From positions 3,456,001-3,520,000 of the forward strand of contig OZ245033.1 of the NCBI GenBank assembly GCA_965224025.1: a DNA stretch of 64,000 nucleotides, given 5' to 3'. The DNA is from Candidatus Multivorans sp. GTDB lineage: Bacteria > Acidobacteriota > Thermoanaerobaculia > Multivoradales > Multivoraceae. This document shows positions 50,296 to 60,472 of this stretch, in pieces (within the stretch, counting starts at the first letter, position 1; the number at the start of each line of letters is the position of its first letter). The position numbers were made by a program, and so were the translations under genes. The notes below the pieces were generated by a model, which saw only the letters and a list, made by a program, of their open reading frames with translations, did no database searches and was not told the origin of the DNA.

Positions 50296-53200
50296 GCCAT
50301 CTTTCTCCGCGGAACGGCGACTGCCGCCCGCACAACCCGCTGGACGAAGAGCTTCACGTCATCGACCAGGGAATAGACCGTCGGAATCACAAGCAGGGTC
50401 AGGAAGGTCGAGGTGGTCAGCCCGCCGAGGATCACGAGACCCACCGGCGCCCAGAAGGCCGCCCGGCCCTCGGGCTGCCCGAACACCTCGGGCAGGAAGA
50501 ACGGCGCCACCATCGGCGACAGTCCCAGAATCGTCGTGACCGCGGTCATCAGGATCGGCCGTAACCGGTGCTTGCCGCCCAGAACGATCGCGTCGTAGCG
50601 GCTCAAGCCCTCCCTGCGCAGCCGGTTGATGTGGTCGATCAGGACGATGGCGTTGTTGACCACGATCCCGGCCAGGATCAGAAGCCCCATGTTCGACGAG
50701 TCGGATCTCGGTTGGCCGGCGATGTACATGATCAGGCCGACGCCGATGAAGGCGAAGGGAATCGACAGCATGATCGTGAAGGGTTGCAGGAAGTCCTCGA
50801 ACAGCGCCGCCATGATCATGTAGATCAGCACCACGGCCAGGATCATCGCCAGGACGGCGCGCGACGCGTCCTCCTCGGCCTCCATGAACCTCCTGCCGAG
50901 CGACCACTCGTAGCCCGGCGGCAGCGGCACGTCCGCGAGCGCCATCTGCACCGGCCGCCGCAGCATGAAGCCCTGGACGCCGCCCGCGGCCGTCGCGTCG
51001 ATCTCGACCTTGGCGCGGCGGTTTTCGCGCTCGACCTCGGACGGGCCGCTCTGGACCCTGAACGAGGCGAGGCTCGATATCGGCAGGGTGACTCCTCCGG
51101 ACTCCCCGTTCGGGTCCGACACGAGCACCGGCATCTTCCTCAACTGATCGAGCGTCTCGCGGTCCTCCTCCCGGTACTGCATGACCATGCCGATCTCACG
51201 CTCCGCGGTCTTGAAGTACGCCAGCGAGCGGCTTGACAGCGCACCGTTGACCGTCATCGCCACCGCCTGGCTCGACAGGCCGCCCTGGAGGGCCCGCTCG
51301 CGGTTCACCGACACCCGGATCTCGTCGTCGCCGCTCTCGAACGAGTTGTCGACATCGCCGACGATGGGAATCTGGTTCAGGCGTTGGGTGATCCGCGGCA
51401 CCAGGAGCTCGAGAACGCCCACATCGTCCCCGATCAGTTCCACTTCGATCCCGGATCTGCCGGAACCCGGCGGCCCATACTCGGTGCGGGCGAGCTTGAA
51501 CAGGACGCCGACCCGCTGCGGCATCGCCTCCCGGACGAGCTCGGTGACCTCGTCCGTGGAAAGCTCGGAAACCTCCTCCGGCTTGAGATAGACCTCGAAA
51601 CGGTTGCCGCCTCCGTGCCCCCGGCTCCGGCCGCCGCCCCGGCGCACCTGGTGGGCGATGTCGGCGATCTCCCACTCGTCTCGCCTGGAATCGAGCAGCG
51701 TGTAGACCTCGTCGTAGAGGGCCAGGCGCTCGTCCATTCCCATCTGTCGCGGCGTTTCGACGAAGACCGTCAACGCCCGCCCCTGGGACGGCTGGTTGAA
51801 GCTCCGTTCGATGCTGTTGTACAGCTCCCAGGAACCGTAGAGTAGCGCTCCGATCACCACGGTGAACACGAAGCGGTGGCGGAGGGTGAAGCCCAGCGTC
51901 GCTCCGTACCATTCGCTGACCCGGTCGAGCAGCTTGAACCGGCGCTTGGTCTCCGACTTGAGAAGGATCGCCGCGATCATCGGCACCACGGTCAGGGAGA
52001 TGACCAGGGACCCGAGCATCACGACGCATACCGTCGTGCCGATGTCGCCCATGAAGCGCGAGAAGCTGCCCGGCCCGCCGCCGCCGCTGCCGAAGAAGAT
52101 GAGCGGCACGAACACGCACATCGTGGTCATCGTCGAGCAGATGATCGGCATCGCCACGTCGCTGGCGCCGCACAGGGCGGCTTCCTTCGCGCTCGCGCCG
52201 AGTTCCTGGCGGTGACGGAAGATCGACTCGATGACCACGATCGAGTTGTCGAGCAGCATCCCGATCGCGAGCATCAGCCCCATCAGGCTCATCACGTTCA
52301 GCGTGATCTCGGTCACTCCGGCCTGCCGTCCGAGGTACATCATCACGAAGGTCATGACGAGGGACAGCGGCACCGCCAGGGCCACCAGCAGAGTGGTCCG
52401 GAACTTGCGCAGGAAGAGGAACATGAAGACGATCGCCAGGCCGCCGCCGATGAGCCCGCTGCGGCCCAGCTCGGTCAGCCCCTGTCGCACGTCGACCGAG
52501 GTGTCGTGGAAGTGACGGAACTCCAGGCCTTCGCCCTCGGGCGTCTGCCGGATGGCTTCCAGCTCGGCCTTCACCCGGTTCACGACCTCCAGGAGATTGG
52601 CCTCCGAGGCCTTGTTCACGCTAAGGCTGATCGATTCGGTCCCGTTCAGGAAGCTGTACTCGTACTTGTCCGGATAGCCGAACTTCACGTCGGCGACGTC
52701 GGCCACCCGCAGGCCGTCGCCGCGGATCGGCAGCCGCCGGATCTCGTCCGGCGTCCGGAACTCGCCGATGGTGCGGACCAGCAGCCGGCGGCTCCCCTCG
52801 CGCAGGTACCCGCCCGACACGTTCACGTGGTTGCTCTGCAGGACCTGGCGCAGCTCACGAATGTCCACGCCGTGGGCTGCCATCCGGTCGGGCAGCAGCT
52901 CGATCCGCAGTTCCCGGCTCAGCATGCCCCATACTTCCGCCTGCGCCACGCCCTCCAGCCGCTCGATTCGCGGCAGGAGCACGTCCTCGACGAAGTCGTT
53001 CAGCTCGTCCTGCGTCCACGAAGCGCTGAGACTGCTGCGGAGGACCGGAATGTCCGTGCTCTCGAAGCGGCGGACGTAGATCTGCTCCACATCGCTAGGC
53101 AGTTCATTGCGCACCCGGTCGATCCGGTCGCGTACGTCGACGGCCGCCAGCTCCATGTCGGTCCCGTCCTGGAACTCGATATCGACCGAGGCCGAGTTGC

Positions 53201-53555
53201 CGCTGGCCCGCGAGCGAAGCAGCCGGACGCCGTTGATCGTTCCCAGGCTGTCCTCGAGGGGCCAGATGATCGACCGCGCGATCTCCTCCGGAGAGGACGA
53301 CTGGTAAGGCACCCGGACCGAGATGTTGGACGACTGGAACAGCGGCAGGAACTCCAGCGGCAGGCGCGTGAGAGACAACCAGCCGAGCACCAGGACGCCC
53401 AGCGTCGCCATGAACATCGTCACCTTGCGCTCGACCGCGAAGCGAATGAGCGGGTGGACGTGGCGGTGCGCCTCGGGCTCCGGCGAAGACGACTTCTGCC
53501 GCTCCGGATCCTGGGACGAACCGGTCTGCGCGTCCACGTGTTTCTCCGTTGTCAT
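50292..53555 (-). CDS. RND efflux permease (second, divergent paralog)
   Basis: LNVMSLMG, GMLLDNSIVVIE, GIVVNNAI, RLRPILMT; TGATG coupling at 53553-57. Confidence 0.95.
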   Translation of the reverse strand: MTTEKHVDAQTGSSQDPERQKSSSPEPEAHRHVHPLIRFAVERKVTMFMATLGVLVLGWLSLTRLPLEFLPLFQSSNISVRVPYQSSSPEEIARSIIWPLEDSLGTINGVRLLRSRASGNSASVDIEFQDGTDMELAAVDVRDRIDRVRNELPSDVEQIYVRRFESTDIPVLRSSLSASWTQDELNDFVEDVLLPRIERLEGVAQAEVWGMLSRELRIELLPDRMAAHGVDIRELRQVLQSNHVNVSGGYLREGSRRLLVRTIGEFRTPDEIRRLPIRGDGLRVADVADVKFGYPDKYEYSFLNGTESISLSVNKASEANLLEVVNRVKAELEAIRQTPEGEGLEFRHFHDTSVDVRQGLTELGRSGLIGGGLAIVFMFLFLRKFRTTLLVALAVPLSLVMTFVMMYLGRQAGVTEITLNVMSLMGLMLAIGMLLDNSIVVIESIFRHRQELGASAKEAALCGASDVAMPIICSTMTTMCVFVPLIFFGSGGGGPGSFSRFMGDIGTTVCVVMLGSLVISLTVVPMIAAILLKSETKRRFKLLDRVSEWYGATLGFTLRHRFVFTVVIGALLYGSWELYNSIERSFNQPSQGRALTVFVETPRQMGMDERLALYDEVYTLLDSRRDEWEIADIAHQVRRGGGRSRGHGGGNRFEVYLKPEEVSELSTDEVTELVREAMPQRVGVLFKLARTEYGPPGSGRSGIEVELIGDDVGVLELLVPRITQRLNQIPIVGDVDNSFESGDDEIRVSVNRERALQGGLSSQAVAMTVNGALSSRSLAYFKTAEREIGMVMQYREEDRETLDQLRKMPVLVSDPNGESGGVTLPISSLASFRVQSGPSEVERENRRAKVEIDATAAGGVQGFMLRRPVQMALADVPLPPGYEWSLGRRFMEAEEDASRAVLAMILAVVLIYMIMAALFEDFLQPFTIMLSIPFAFIGVGLIMYIAGQPRSDSSNMGLLILAGIVVNNAIVLIDHINRLRREGLSRYDAIVLGGKHRLRPILMTAVTTILGLSPMVAPFFLPEVFGQPEGRAAFWAPVGLVILGGLTTSTFLTLLVIPTVYSLVDDVKLFVQRVVRAAVAVPRRKMA

Positions 53556-54121
53556 CAGCGGCACTCTCCCGAGTCACGGTGATCGCCGTCGTTCCGACCC
53601 CGGTGGCGCCGGCCCCGTTCCGTCAACTCGAGCCGCATCTCGTCGAAATGAACAGCCTGATCGGGGCTGAGCAACTCGCTCACCTGCCTGTGGAACTCCC
53701 GCTGCATGGAGCAGAACTCGTCGCGCGCGCCGCTCCAGTACCGGTGCCCACTCAACATCGCCTGTTCGACGATCGGTTCAAGCGCTTCGACCTGCTCAGG
53801 TTCGAGTTCCAACTGCCGCGCCATGCGGCGGGTCATCTTCGACCGGTGTTCGCGGGACGCATCGGAGCGCGCGGCCTCCGCATGTGCCTCCGAATCGCCG
53901 TTGTCGGTCGTGGCGGCCCGACTTTCTTCCGCGCCGCGACAATCGAAGTGGAACATCGTTGTGTGTGCGCCTCGGGTCTTCGCGTGGGCCGCCGCCTCGA
54001 CATCAGCGGCCTGACGCTCCGCCAGGAGCCGGTCTACCAGCAGGCCGGCGCTCAGGCCCACGACCAGCACCGAGCCCAGAGCCAGCCCCATCCACAGTCT
54101 CGTGGGTCCGTTCGCCATCAC
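53555..54121 (-). CDS. Membrane-anchored periplasmic helical protein (Spy/CpxP/metal-sensor-like)
   Basis: N-terminal TM helix, LELEPEQ and LLSPDQ motifs, His/Cys/Met residues. Confidence 0.6.
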   Translation of the reverse strand: MMANGPTRLWMGLALGSVLVVGLSAGLLVDRLLAERQAADVEAAAHAKTRGAHTTMFHFDCRGAEESRAATTDNGDSEAHAEAARSDASREHRSKMTRRMARQLELEPEQVEALEPIVEQAMLSGHRYWSGARDEFCSMQREFHRQVSELLSPDQAVHFDEMRLELTERGRRHRGRNDGDHRDSGECR

Positions 54122-54540
54122 CGTGTCCCCAGCGGATCGTAGAGCACGGCCACGAGTTCATAGCCGGCCTCGCCGTCGCTGATTCCCACGGTTGCCACGC
54201 CGGCCTCTTCCAGCCCGGCCGCGAAGGGATCCGGATACTCAACGAGGTCAGGCTCCTCAACCGCGGCTTCCGGCGCGGTTGAAGAAATCCCCGTGCCCAG
54301 CGTCATGGCCATCGCGACAATGGCCGCCAGTGCTCCGGCCGGCGCGAGGCGCAGGGCCAGCAACCGCCATGGCGCGGCCTGATCGTTCCGCTCGAGCCAG
54401 GTGTCGCGGCGAGCGCGAAAGCCCGCCAGAAAGCCCGGAGCCGCCGGCGGCCTCGCGCACTTTTGCCGCAGTCCTTCGAACAAGGAGTCCAGGTTCGTAC
54501 CGGACTCGACCGGTCGTCCTGCTCGCTCAACCTTCCTCAT
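54118..54540 (-). CDS. Putative single-pass anti-sigma factor
   Basis: Overlaps ECF stop (ATGA); PPAAPGF, one TM helix, acidic C-terminal tail. Confidence 0.6.
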   Translation of the reverse strand: MRKVERAGRPVESGTNLDSLFEGLRQKCARPPAAPGFLAGFRARRDTWLERNDQAAPWRLLALRLAPAGALAAIVAMAMTLGTGISSTAPEAAVEEPDLVEYPDPFAAGLEEAGVATVGISDGEAGYELVAVLYDPLGTR

Positions 54541-55214
54541 CGTCTACCTCCTCCCGCCTTGGAGCCCGCTTCGCCGATCAAACGCCGCAAACTGCGCCGG
54601 CCCCGATGGACCCTGATCTGCACGGTTCCGATCGGACAGTCCAGGAGCTCCGCGATCTCCACGTACTTCATCCCCACCACATCCTTCAACACCACTGCTG
54701 AACGCTGCGCCTTCGGCAACCTGGCCAGCCCGCGAACGATGCTACGCCGCAGCAGCCGCGCCTCGACCGCCGACTCGGCGCCGACCGCCGGCAGTTCGGC
54801 GAGAGCTTCGTCCCCCACGTTGCGGTCCAGCCGCCGTCCCCAGCGCGACCTGCGGCGCAACTCGTCGTGCGCCCGGTTGATCGCGATCCGGTAGAGCCAG
54901 CTCTTGAAGGCCGCGTGCTCGTCGAGACGGTCGAGCTTTCTGAAGGCCAGCAGAAAGGCGTCCTGGGCCACGTCCTCCGCGGTCTCCCAGTCCAGCACGT
55001 ATCCGTAGACCAGCTTGCGCAGCGGTACCTCGTAACGCACGACGAGGTTCTCGAACGCCTCCTGATCGCCGGCCGCGGTGCGCCGAACGAGTTCACCGTC
55101 TTCGGGGCCATCGGCTCGTCCACCGGCCGGTTCCCGGCCACGCGGTTTCTGTGCTGGCAAGTCATCGTCCTCTGGTTGCAGGGACGACCCGCCTCCGGTC
55201 CTTGTTTCGTTCAT
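54537..55214 (-). CDS. ECF RNA polymerase sigma factor
   Basis: GDQEAFENLV, AEDVAQDAF, FKSWLYRIAIN, YVEIAELLDCPIGTV. Confidence 0.94.
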   Translation of the reverse strand: MNETRTGGGSSLQPEDDDLPAQKPRGREPAGGRADGPEDGELVRRTAAGDQEAFENLVVRYEVPLRKLVYGYVLDWETAEDVAQDAFLLAFRKLDRLDEHAAFKSWLYRIAINRAHDELRRRSRWGRRLDRNVGDEALAELPAVGAESAVEARLLRRSIVRGLARLPKAQRSAVVLKDVVGMKYVEIAELLDCPIGTVQIRVHRGRRSLRRLIGEAGSKAGGGRR

Positions 55215-55218
55215 CGGG

Positions 55219-56667
55219 TTACCGGCGGTTCGGCTGGCGCACGGTCGGGGCGTTCCGCGTCTCCGGCAGTTCCCCGGCGGACTCCCGCCGCAGCATCCGG
55301 TCGAGGTAGCGCAGGCCCTCGCTCCTGGCCTCGAAGTCGCCGTTCAACTGGGCCTGGTAGCAGCGATCGACCATGGCGCCGATCGCCGGTCCCGGCGCCA
55401 TGCCGCGATCGATGAGGTCCCGACCGCGGACCATCGGCTCCGGCGCCTGGTCCCGGATCCGCAGCGCCTTCGCGCGCGCCAGCAGCCAGTCGCAGTCGCG
55501 GCACTCGTCAGGCTGGAGCGGGGGCCGTCCGAGAGCGTCCGCCCGGGCCACCCGCACGAGCCGGTCGATCCGCTTGACCCGGTGGGCAAGACGGCGGACG
55601 GCGGCATCGCCCGCACCGCCCTGGTAGAGCTGGCGCGGTTTCAGGTGATCGACGACCAGGCGCACCACATCCTCGACCAGGCGAGGCCGCCTCGTCAGCC
55701 GCGCGAGGAACGCGCGGGTCGGCCCCTCGCCCGCGGCCTCGTGTCCGCGCGACCGCACCCGACCGTCGACGAACCGGGTGGTCGCCGGTTTTCCCAGGTC
55801 GTGGCAGAGGCAGGCGAGTCCCACCACCAGGTCCTCCTCCTCGTCACCCAGGCGGTCCCGGGCGAAGGCGTCGAGGACATGTCCGGTATGAGTCCAGACA
55901 TCGCCTTCAGGGTGCCACTCCGGGTCCTGCTCGCAGCCAACCAGGGCCTCCAGTTCAGGGTAGGACGGCAGCCACCCCACCGTCCGCAGGAACCGGAGTC
56001 CGCGTCCGATCTCGACGCCCCCAAGGAGCATTTTGCGCCACTCCTCGAACACCCGCTCGATGCTCAGGTCGCTCCAGTCGATCCCGGAGCAGAGAGCTTC
56101 GGTCTCCGGATCGGGCTCGAGTTCAAGGCGGGCGATGAACTGCATGCCGCGCAGCACCCGCAGCGGGTCCTCCGCGAAGCGGTGCGAGGCATGGCGGAGC
56201 CGCCGACGCTCCAGGTCCGCCCGTCCGTTCAGAGGGTCATCGATCCGGCCGGTCAGGGGGTCGTACGAGATCGCGTTGATCGTGAAGTCCCGGCGTCCGG
56301 CCGCGGCCTCCACGCTCATGTCCGGATCCGCGTCGACGACGAAGTCCCGGTGACGCTTCCCCACCTTCCGTTCCCGCCGCGGCAGGGCGATGTCGATCGG
56401 GAGACCTCGCAGCTTGGCGACGGAGAACGCCCGCCCGACCTGGTCGACCTGCAGGCCGAGTCCGCTCAGCAGGCGGTGCAGGGCCTCGGGCCCGAGCTCG
56501 AACGCCTCCAGGTCGAACTCGCGAAACTCGCGGCCGAGCAGCGCGTCCCGAACGCAGCCTCCGACCAGGCGCATGGCGCCGCCTCCCGCCGCCGCGGCCC
56601 GGCAGATGTCCAGCACCCTCGGCCAGGCCGGATTTCGCTCGAAGCCTGAACCAGGATCCCGAACCAC
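55219..56667 (-). CDS. Class II tRNA nucleotidyltransferase / poly(A) polymerase family with HD domain
   Basis: VGGCVRD, RRDFTINA, EDPLRVLR, ERVFEE, HPEGDVWTH, HDLGK. Confidence 0.88.
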   Translation of the reverse strand: MVRDPGSGFERNPAWPRVLDICRAAAAGGGAMRLVGGCVRDALLGREFREFDLEAFELGPEALHRLLSGLGLQVDQVGRAFSVAKLRGLPIDIALPRRERKVGKRHRDFVVDADPDMSVEAAAGRRDFTINAISYDPLTGRIDDPLNGRADLERRRLRHASHRFAEDPLRVLRGMQFIARLELEPDPETEALCSGIDWSDLSIERVFEEWRKMLLGGVEIGRGLRFLRTVGWLPSYPELEALVGCEQDPEWHPEGDVWTHTGHVLDAFARDRLGDEEEDLVVGLACLCHDLGKPATTRFVDGRVRSRGHEAAGEGPTRAFLARLTRRPRLVEDVVRLVVDHLKPRQLYQGGAGDAAVRRLAHRVKRIDRLVRVARADALGRPPLQPDECRDCDWLLARAKALRIRDQAPEPMVRGRDLIDRGMAPGPAIGAMVDRCYQAQLNGDFEARSEGLRYLDRMLRRESAGELPETRNAPTVRQPNRR

Positions 56668-56768
56668 GGCTCTGTTATTCTATTGCCCGCTTGCGGCGGC
56701 AATGCAGCGCGACTGTTACCACGGACTGCTGAGTCCGCCACTAGTCTGAGCGGCCGAAGGAGAACACC

Positions 56769-57836
56769 ATGAAGTCGATTCGCGAATCGTGGACCGCAAG
56801 GCTGACGGCGCGGCGTGCGATCGCGCCAGCGGCGCTGATTGCCGGTCTTTCCCTGGTTGTGGCTGGGCCCGTGGCGGCGCAGCTACCAGGCACCGTGTAT
56901 GGGCAGATTTTCGACGCCAACACCGGCGAGACTCTCGAAGGCGTCCAGATCATCTTCACCGACCCGGAAGCGCCGAACTTCCGGGAAGAACACAACTCGG
57001 GAAAGAACGGTCGCTTCCGGATCATGCTCAAGAACGTCGTCAAGCACGAACGGTCGGGATTCAGTGTCGAGCTGAAGAAGGAAGGCTACGTCACCCGGCG
57101 CGTCGGCAACGTGCGGATTCCCGCCCGCCAGGAGACCAGACTCAGCCAGCTCTCGGGAGGTGGGGACTGGAACCTCACTTCCATCGAGGACGCGCAGCAG
57201 GCCCAGGCGGCCCTGGGCGGCGATCTCGGAGCAGCGCCGGAAATCGATCTCGAAGCCCAGGCGCGCGGCAACGCGGTCAAGCTCTACAACCAGGGCAGCA
57301 ACGCCTTCAACTCGGGTGACTACGACACGGCCGAACTCTTGTTCACCAACGCACTCGAAAAGAAGGCCGATCTGGTGTCTGCCATGGGTGGGCTGGCGAA
57401 AGTCCATTCATATCGTGGCGACCACGTACGGGCGGTGGAGTACGCAGAGCAGGTCGCGGCCGAAGGCGAGGATCTGGAGAACATGCACCAGATCCTCTAC
57501 GCCGGCTATAACGCTCTGGGCATGGAGGACAAGGCCGAAGCCGCGCTCAAGGCCCTCCAGGCCGCGGACCCGGAGAAGGCGACGAAGAACGTCTACAACG
57601 AGGCCGCGGACCTCTACAACGCCGGTAACATCGCGGAGGCCAGGGTAAGGCTGGAGGAGGTGGTCGCGTCGAACCCGAATCACCCCGAAGCGCTCAGCAT
57701 GCTCGGCCTGTGCTACGCTGCCCTCTCGGAGAACGACAAAGCGCTGGAGACCTTCGAGAAGTTCCTGAGCGTGGCGCCCGACCATCCCGAGGCGGCTACC
57801 GCCCACGCCATGGTCGACTACTTCAAGTCGCTGTAG
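56769..57836 (+). CDS. Secreted protein with carboxypeptidase-regulatory-like domain and TPRs
   Basis: AAGGAG SD, signal peptide, GTVYGQIFD...KEGY, TPR helices. Confidence 0.8.
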   Translation: MKSIRESWTARLTARRAIAPAALIAGLSLVVAGPVAAQLPGTVYGQIFDANTGETLEGVQIIFTDPEAPNFREEHNSGKNGRFRIMLKNVVKHERSGFSVELKKEGYVTRRVGNVRIPARQETRLSQLSGGGDWNLTSIEDAQQAQAALGGDLGAAPEIDLEAQARGNAVKLYNQGSNAFNSGDYDTAELLFTNALEKKADLVSAMGGLAKVHSYRGDHVRAVEYAEQVAAEGEDLENMHQILYAGYNALGMEDKAEAALKALQAADPEKATKNVYNEAADLYNAGNIAEARVRLEEVVASNPNHPEALSMLGLCYAALSENDKALETFEKFLSVAPDHPEAATAHAMVDYFKSL

Positions 57837-57839
57837 CCG

Positions 57840-60332
57840 TTGCAAATTAGGCCGCTCGCGGCTGTCCTGTCCGCGGGCCTGCTGCTACCCGTCCTTCCCG
57901 CCGGGGGCCAGGACGATCTTGATCTTACGCGGATCATGGCCCACCCGGACTGGCTCGGGCGCCAGCCGGAGGGGCCGTACTGGAGCAGTGACAGCGGCAG
58001 CGTGTACTTCCTGCGCAAGCGGGAGGGTGAAGAGACCCGCGATCTGTACCGGGTCGAGCTCGAGAGCCGACAGACGAGTCTCGTCGCCGACGGCGACCGA
58101 GGCGCGGCGGAAACGCCCGGCGGCGAATGGGACCGCGAACGACAGCGCCGCGCCTTCGCCAAAGCGGGCGACATCTTCGTGCGCGATCTGGGCGCGGACG
58201 GCGGCCTGACCCAGATCACCCGTACCGCCGCGGATGAGAGCGCTCCCTTCTTCACCGTCGCCGGAGATGTCGCGTTTCGTCGCGCCGGCGTCTGGCTCGT
58301 GCGCGATGGGGACTCGGGCCTGGTGTGGCAACCGTTCGATGTTCGCGCTGAGGAGGATCCCGACGCCGCCCGCGCGAAGAAGGACCTGGAGGCCGGCTAC
58401 CTGGAGCGCCAGCAGCCGCGCCTGCTCGAGATCGTCCGGCTGCGGCGAGAGCGCGACGAACGGCGGACCGAGGTGTCCAGGGAACGCCAGGCCGCCGACT
58501 CGAGCCGGACGGCCCTGCCCCACTACGTCGGCAAGGACGTCGAGGCCGCGGGCGCCTATCTCTCGCCGGCGCTGAACTACCTGGTCCTGCGGCAGCGACC
58601 CAGCCAGCGGGACGAGGGACGCAGGGACAAGATGCCGAACTACGTGACCCGCAGCGGTCTGGTCGAGCTCGACGAAGTCCGCATGAAGGTCGGCACCGCC
58701 GAGCCGACCGGTGAGTCCCTGGTGCTGCTTCGTCGGGGCGACCCGGAGCCGATCGCCCTGGATCTCTCGGCCCTGCCAGGCATCGCCGACGACCCGTTGG
58801 CGGCGCTGCGCGAGGCGGCTCAGGGGCGGAAGCGTCAGCGCGAGGCCGCGGCGGAGCAGGAGGAGGCCGGCGACCCTGTGGGCGGCCCAGCGGGTGACGC
58901 AGAGGCCGACGACAGCGGACAAAGTGGCGACGAGGCTGAGCCAGAACCGCGCACTGTGCGCTTCGGCCCCGTGTCATTCAACCGCAACGGCGCCCGGGCC
59001 GTCCTCCAGGCCTTCTCCACCGACAACAAGGACCGCTGGATCGCGGCGATCGACCTGGAGCAGGGCGCACTCCGCCCGCTTCACCGGATCACCGATCCGG
59101 CCTGGATCAACTACGCCTCCCGCGACGTCGGCTGGATGCCGGACGACAAGACGATCTACTTCTTGTCGGAAGAGACCGGCTACTCCCACCTGACCCTCAT
59201 GGACAGCGCGACCGGCGAGCGAGCTCAGTTGACCGGGGGCCCGTTCGTCGTTCGCTCGCCCCGGGTGGCAGCGGATGGAGAGTTTCTCTACTTTGAGGCG
59301 AACCGCGGCCACCCCGGCGTCTTCGAGGTGTATCGAGCGGCCACGTCCAGGGCCAACGCCGGCGAGATCGAACAGATCACGAACCTCGGCGGCCTGAACT
59401 CCTTCCGGCTCTCGCCCGACGACGGCCAGCTCCTGATCGTCCATTCCACCGCCACCCGGCCACCGGAACTCTGGCGCCAGGAAGCCGCTCCGGGGAGCGA
59501 CGCCATCCGCCTGACCGACACCGTGTCGCCTGAGTTCCTGGGCGTCGACTGGGCGGCGCCGCGGTTCGTCGAAGTTCCGTCAACCCACGTGGACCGCCCG
59601 ATCCACGCCCGGCTCTACCTGCCCTCCGAACCCGCCGGCGGCGCTCGCCCCGCCGTCGTCTTCGTGCACGGCGCGGGCTACCTGCAGAACGCCCACCAGG
59701 GCTGGTCCTCCTACTTCCGCGAGTTCATGTTCCATACCCTGCTCACCCGCCGCGGCTACGTAGTCCTGGACATGGACTACCGCGCCTCCGCCGGCTACGG
59801 GCGGGACTGGCGCACGGCGATCTACCGGCAGATGGGAACGCCGGAGCTCGAGGATCTGGCCGACGGCATCGACTACCTGGTCGCCGAGCACGGAGTCGAC
59901 CGGCAGCGGATCGGCGTCTACGGCGGCTCCTACGGCGGCTTCGTGACCTTCATGGCCATGTTCCGCCGCCCCGAACTGTTCGCCGCCGGCGCCGCGCTGC
60001 GTCCGGTCACGGACTGGGCTCACTACAACCACGGCTATACGTCGAACATCCTGAACACCCCGGAACTCGACCCGGAGGCCTACGAGCGCAGTTCGCCGAT
60101 CGAGTTCGCCGAGGGCCTCGAGAAGCCGCTCCTGATCTGCACCGGCATGTTGGACGACAACGTTCTCTTCCAGGACTCCGTCCGTCTCGTCCAACGCCTG
60201 ATCGAGCTCGGCAAGGAAGACTGGGAACTTGCCGTCTACCCGGCAGAGGCCCACGGCTTCGTCGAACCGTCGAGCTGGCTCGACGAGTACCGCCGCGTCC
60301 TCAAGCTGTTCGAGACGCACCTGCGGCGCTGA
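57840..60332 (+). CDS. S9 family (DPP IV/prolyl oligopeptidase-like) peptidase
   Basis: VHGAGY, GGSYGG nucleophile, DDNV, AEAHGF. Confidence 0.93.
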   Translation: MQIRPLAAVLSAGLLLPVLPAGGQDDLDLTRIMAHPDWLGRQPEGPYWSSDSGSVYFLRKREGEETRDLYRVELESRQTSLVADGDRGAAETPGGEWDRERQRRAFAKAGDIFVRDLGADGGLTQITRTAADESAPFFTVAGDVAFRRAGVWLVRDGDSGLVWQPFDVRAEEDPDAARAKKDLEAGYLERQQPRLLEIVRLRRERDERRTEVSRERQAADSSRTALPHYVGKDVEAAGAYLSPALNYLVLRQRPSQRDEGRRDKMPNYVTRSGLVELDEVRMKVGTAEPTGESLVLLRRGDPEPIALDLSALPGIADDPLAALREAAQGRKRQREAAAEQEEAGDPVGGPAGDAEADDSGQSGDEAEPEPRTVRFGPVSFNRNGARAVLQAFSTDNKDRWIAAIDLEQGALRPLHRITDPAWINYASRDVGWMPDDKTIYFLSEETGYSHLTLMDSATGERAQLTGGPFVVRSPRVAADGEFLYFEANRGHPGVFEVYRAATSRANAGEIEQITNLGGLNSFRLSPDDGQLLIVHSTATRPPELWRQEAAPGSDAIRLTDTVSPEFLGVDWAAPRFVEVPSTHVDRPIHARLYLPSEPAGGARPAVVFVHGAGYLQNAHQGWSSYFREFMFHTLLTRRGYVVLDMDYRASAGYGRDWRTAIYRQMGTPELEDLADGIDYLVAEHGVDRQRIGVYGGSYGGFVTFMAMFRRPELFAAGAALRPVTDWAHYNHGYTSNILNTPELDPEAYERSSPIEFAEGLEKPLLICTGMLDDNVLFQDSVRLVQRLIELGKEDWELAVYPAEAHGFVEPSSWLDEYRRVLKLFETHLRR

Positions 60333-60430
60333 CGCCGAAGAACCCGGCCCGAAGGCCTGGGCACCCATGAATGCAGGCCCCCGGCGTCTGGAGTAAGGGA
60401 GCTCGGCCTTTGGCCTCGCGCGTTCTTCCG

Positions 60431-60454
60431 GAAGCCGGCCTCCGGCCGGCTTTC
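60431..60454. terminator. Hairpin between convergent genes, possible terminator
   Basis: AAGCCGGCC-TCC-GGCCGGCTT followed by only a short T tract. Confidence 0.4.
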
Positions 60455-60472
60455 AGAGAAACACCGCGCCGC

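Noticed and set aside
55215-55270. ECF autoregulatory promoter (GGAAC) in the cca 3' end
   Set aside because: No convincing -10 element at 16-17 nt spacing.
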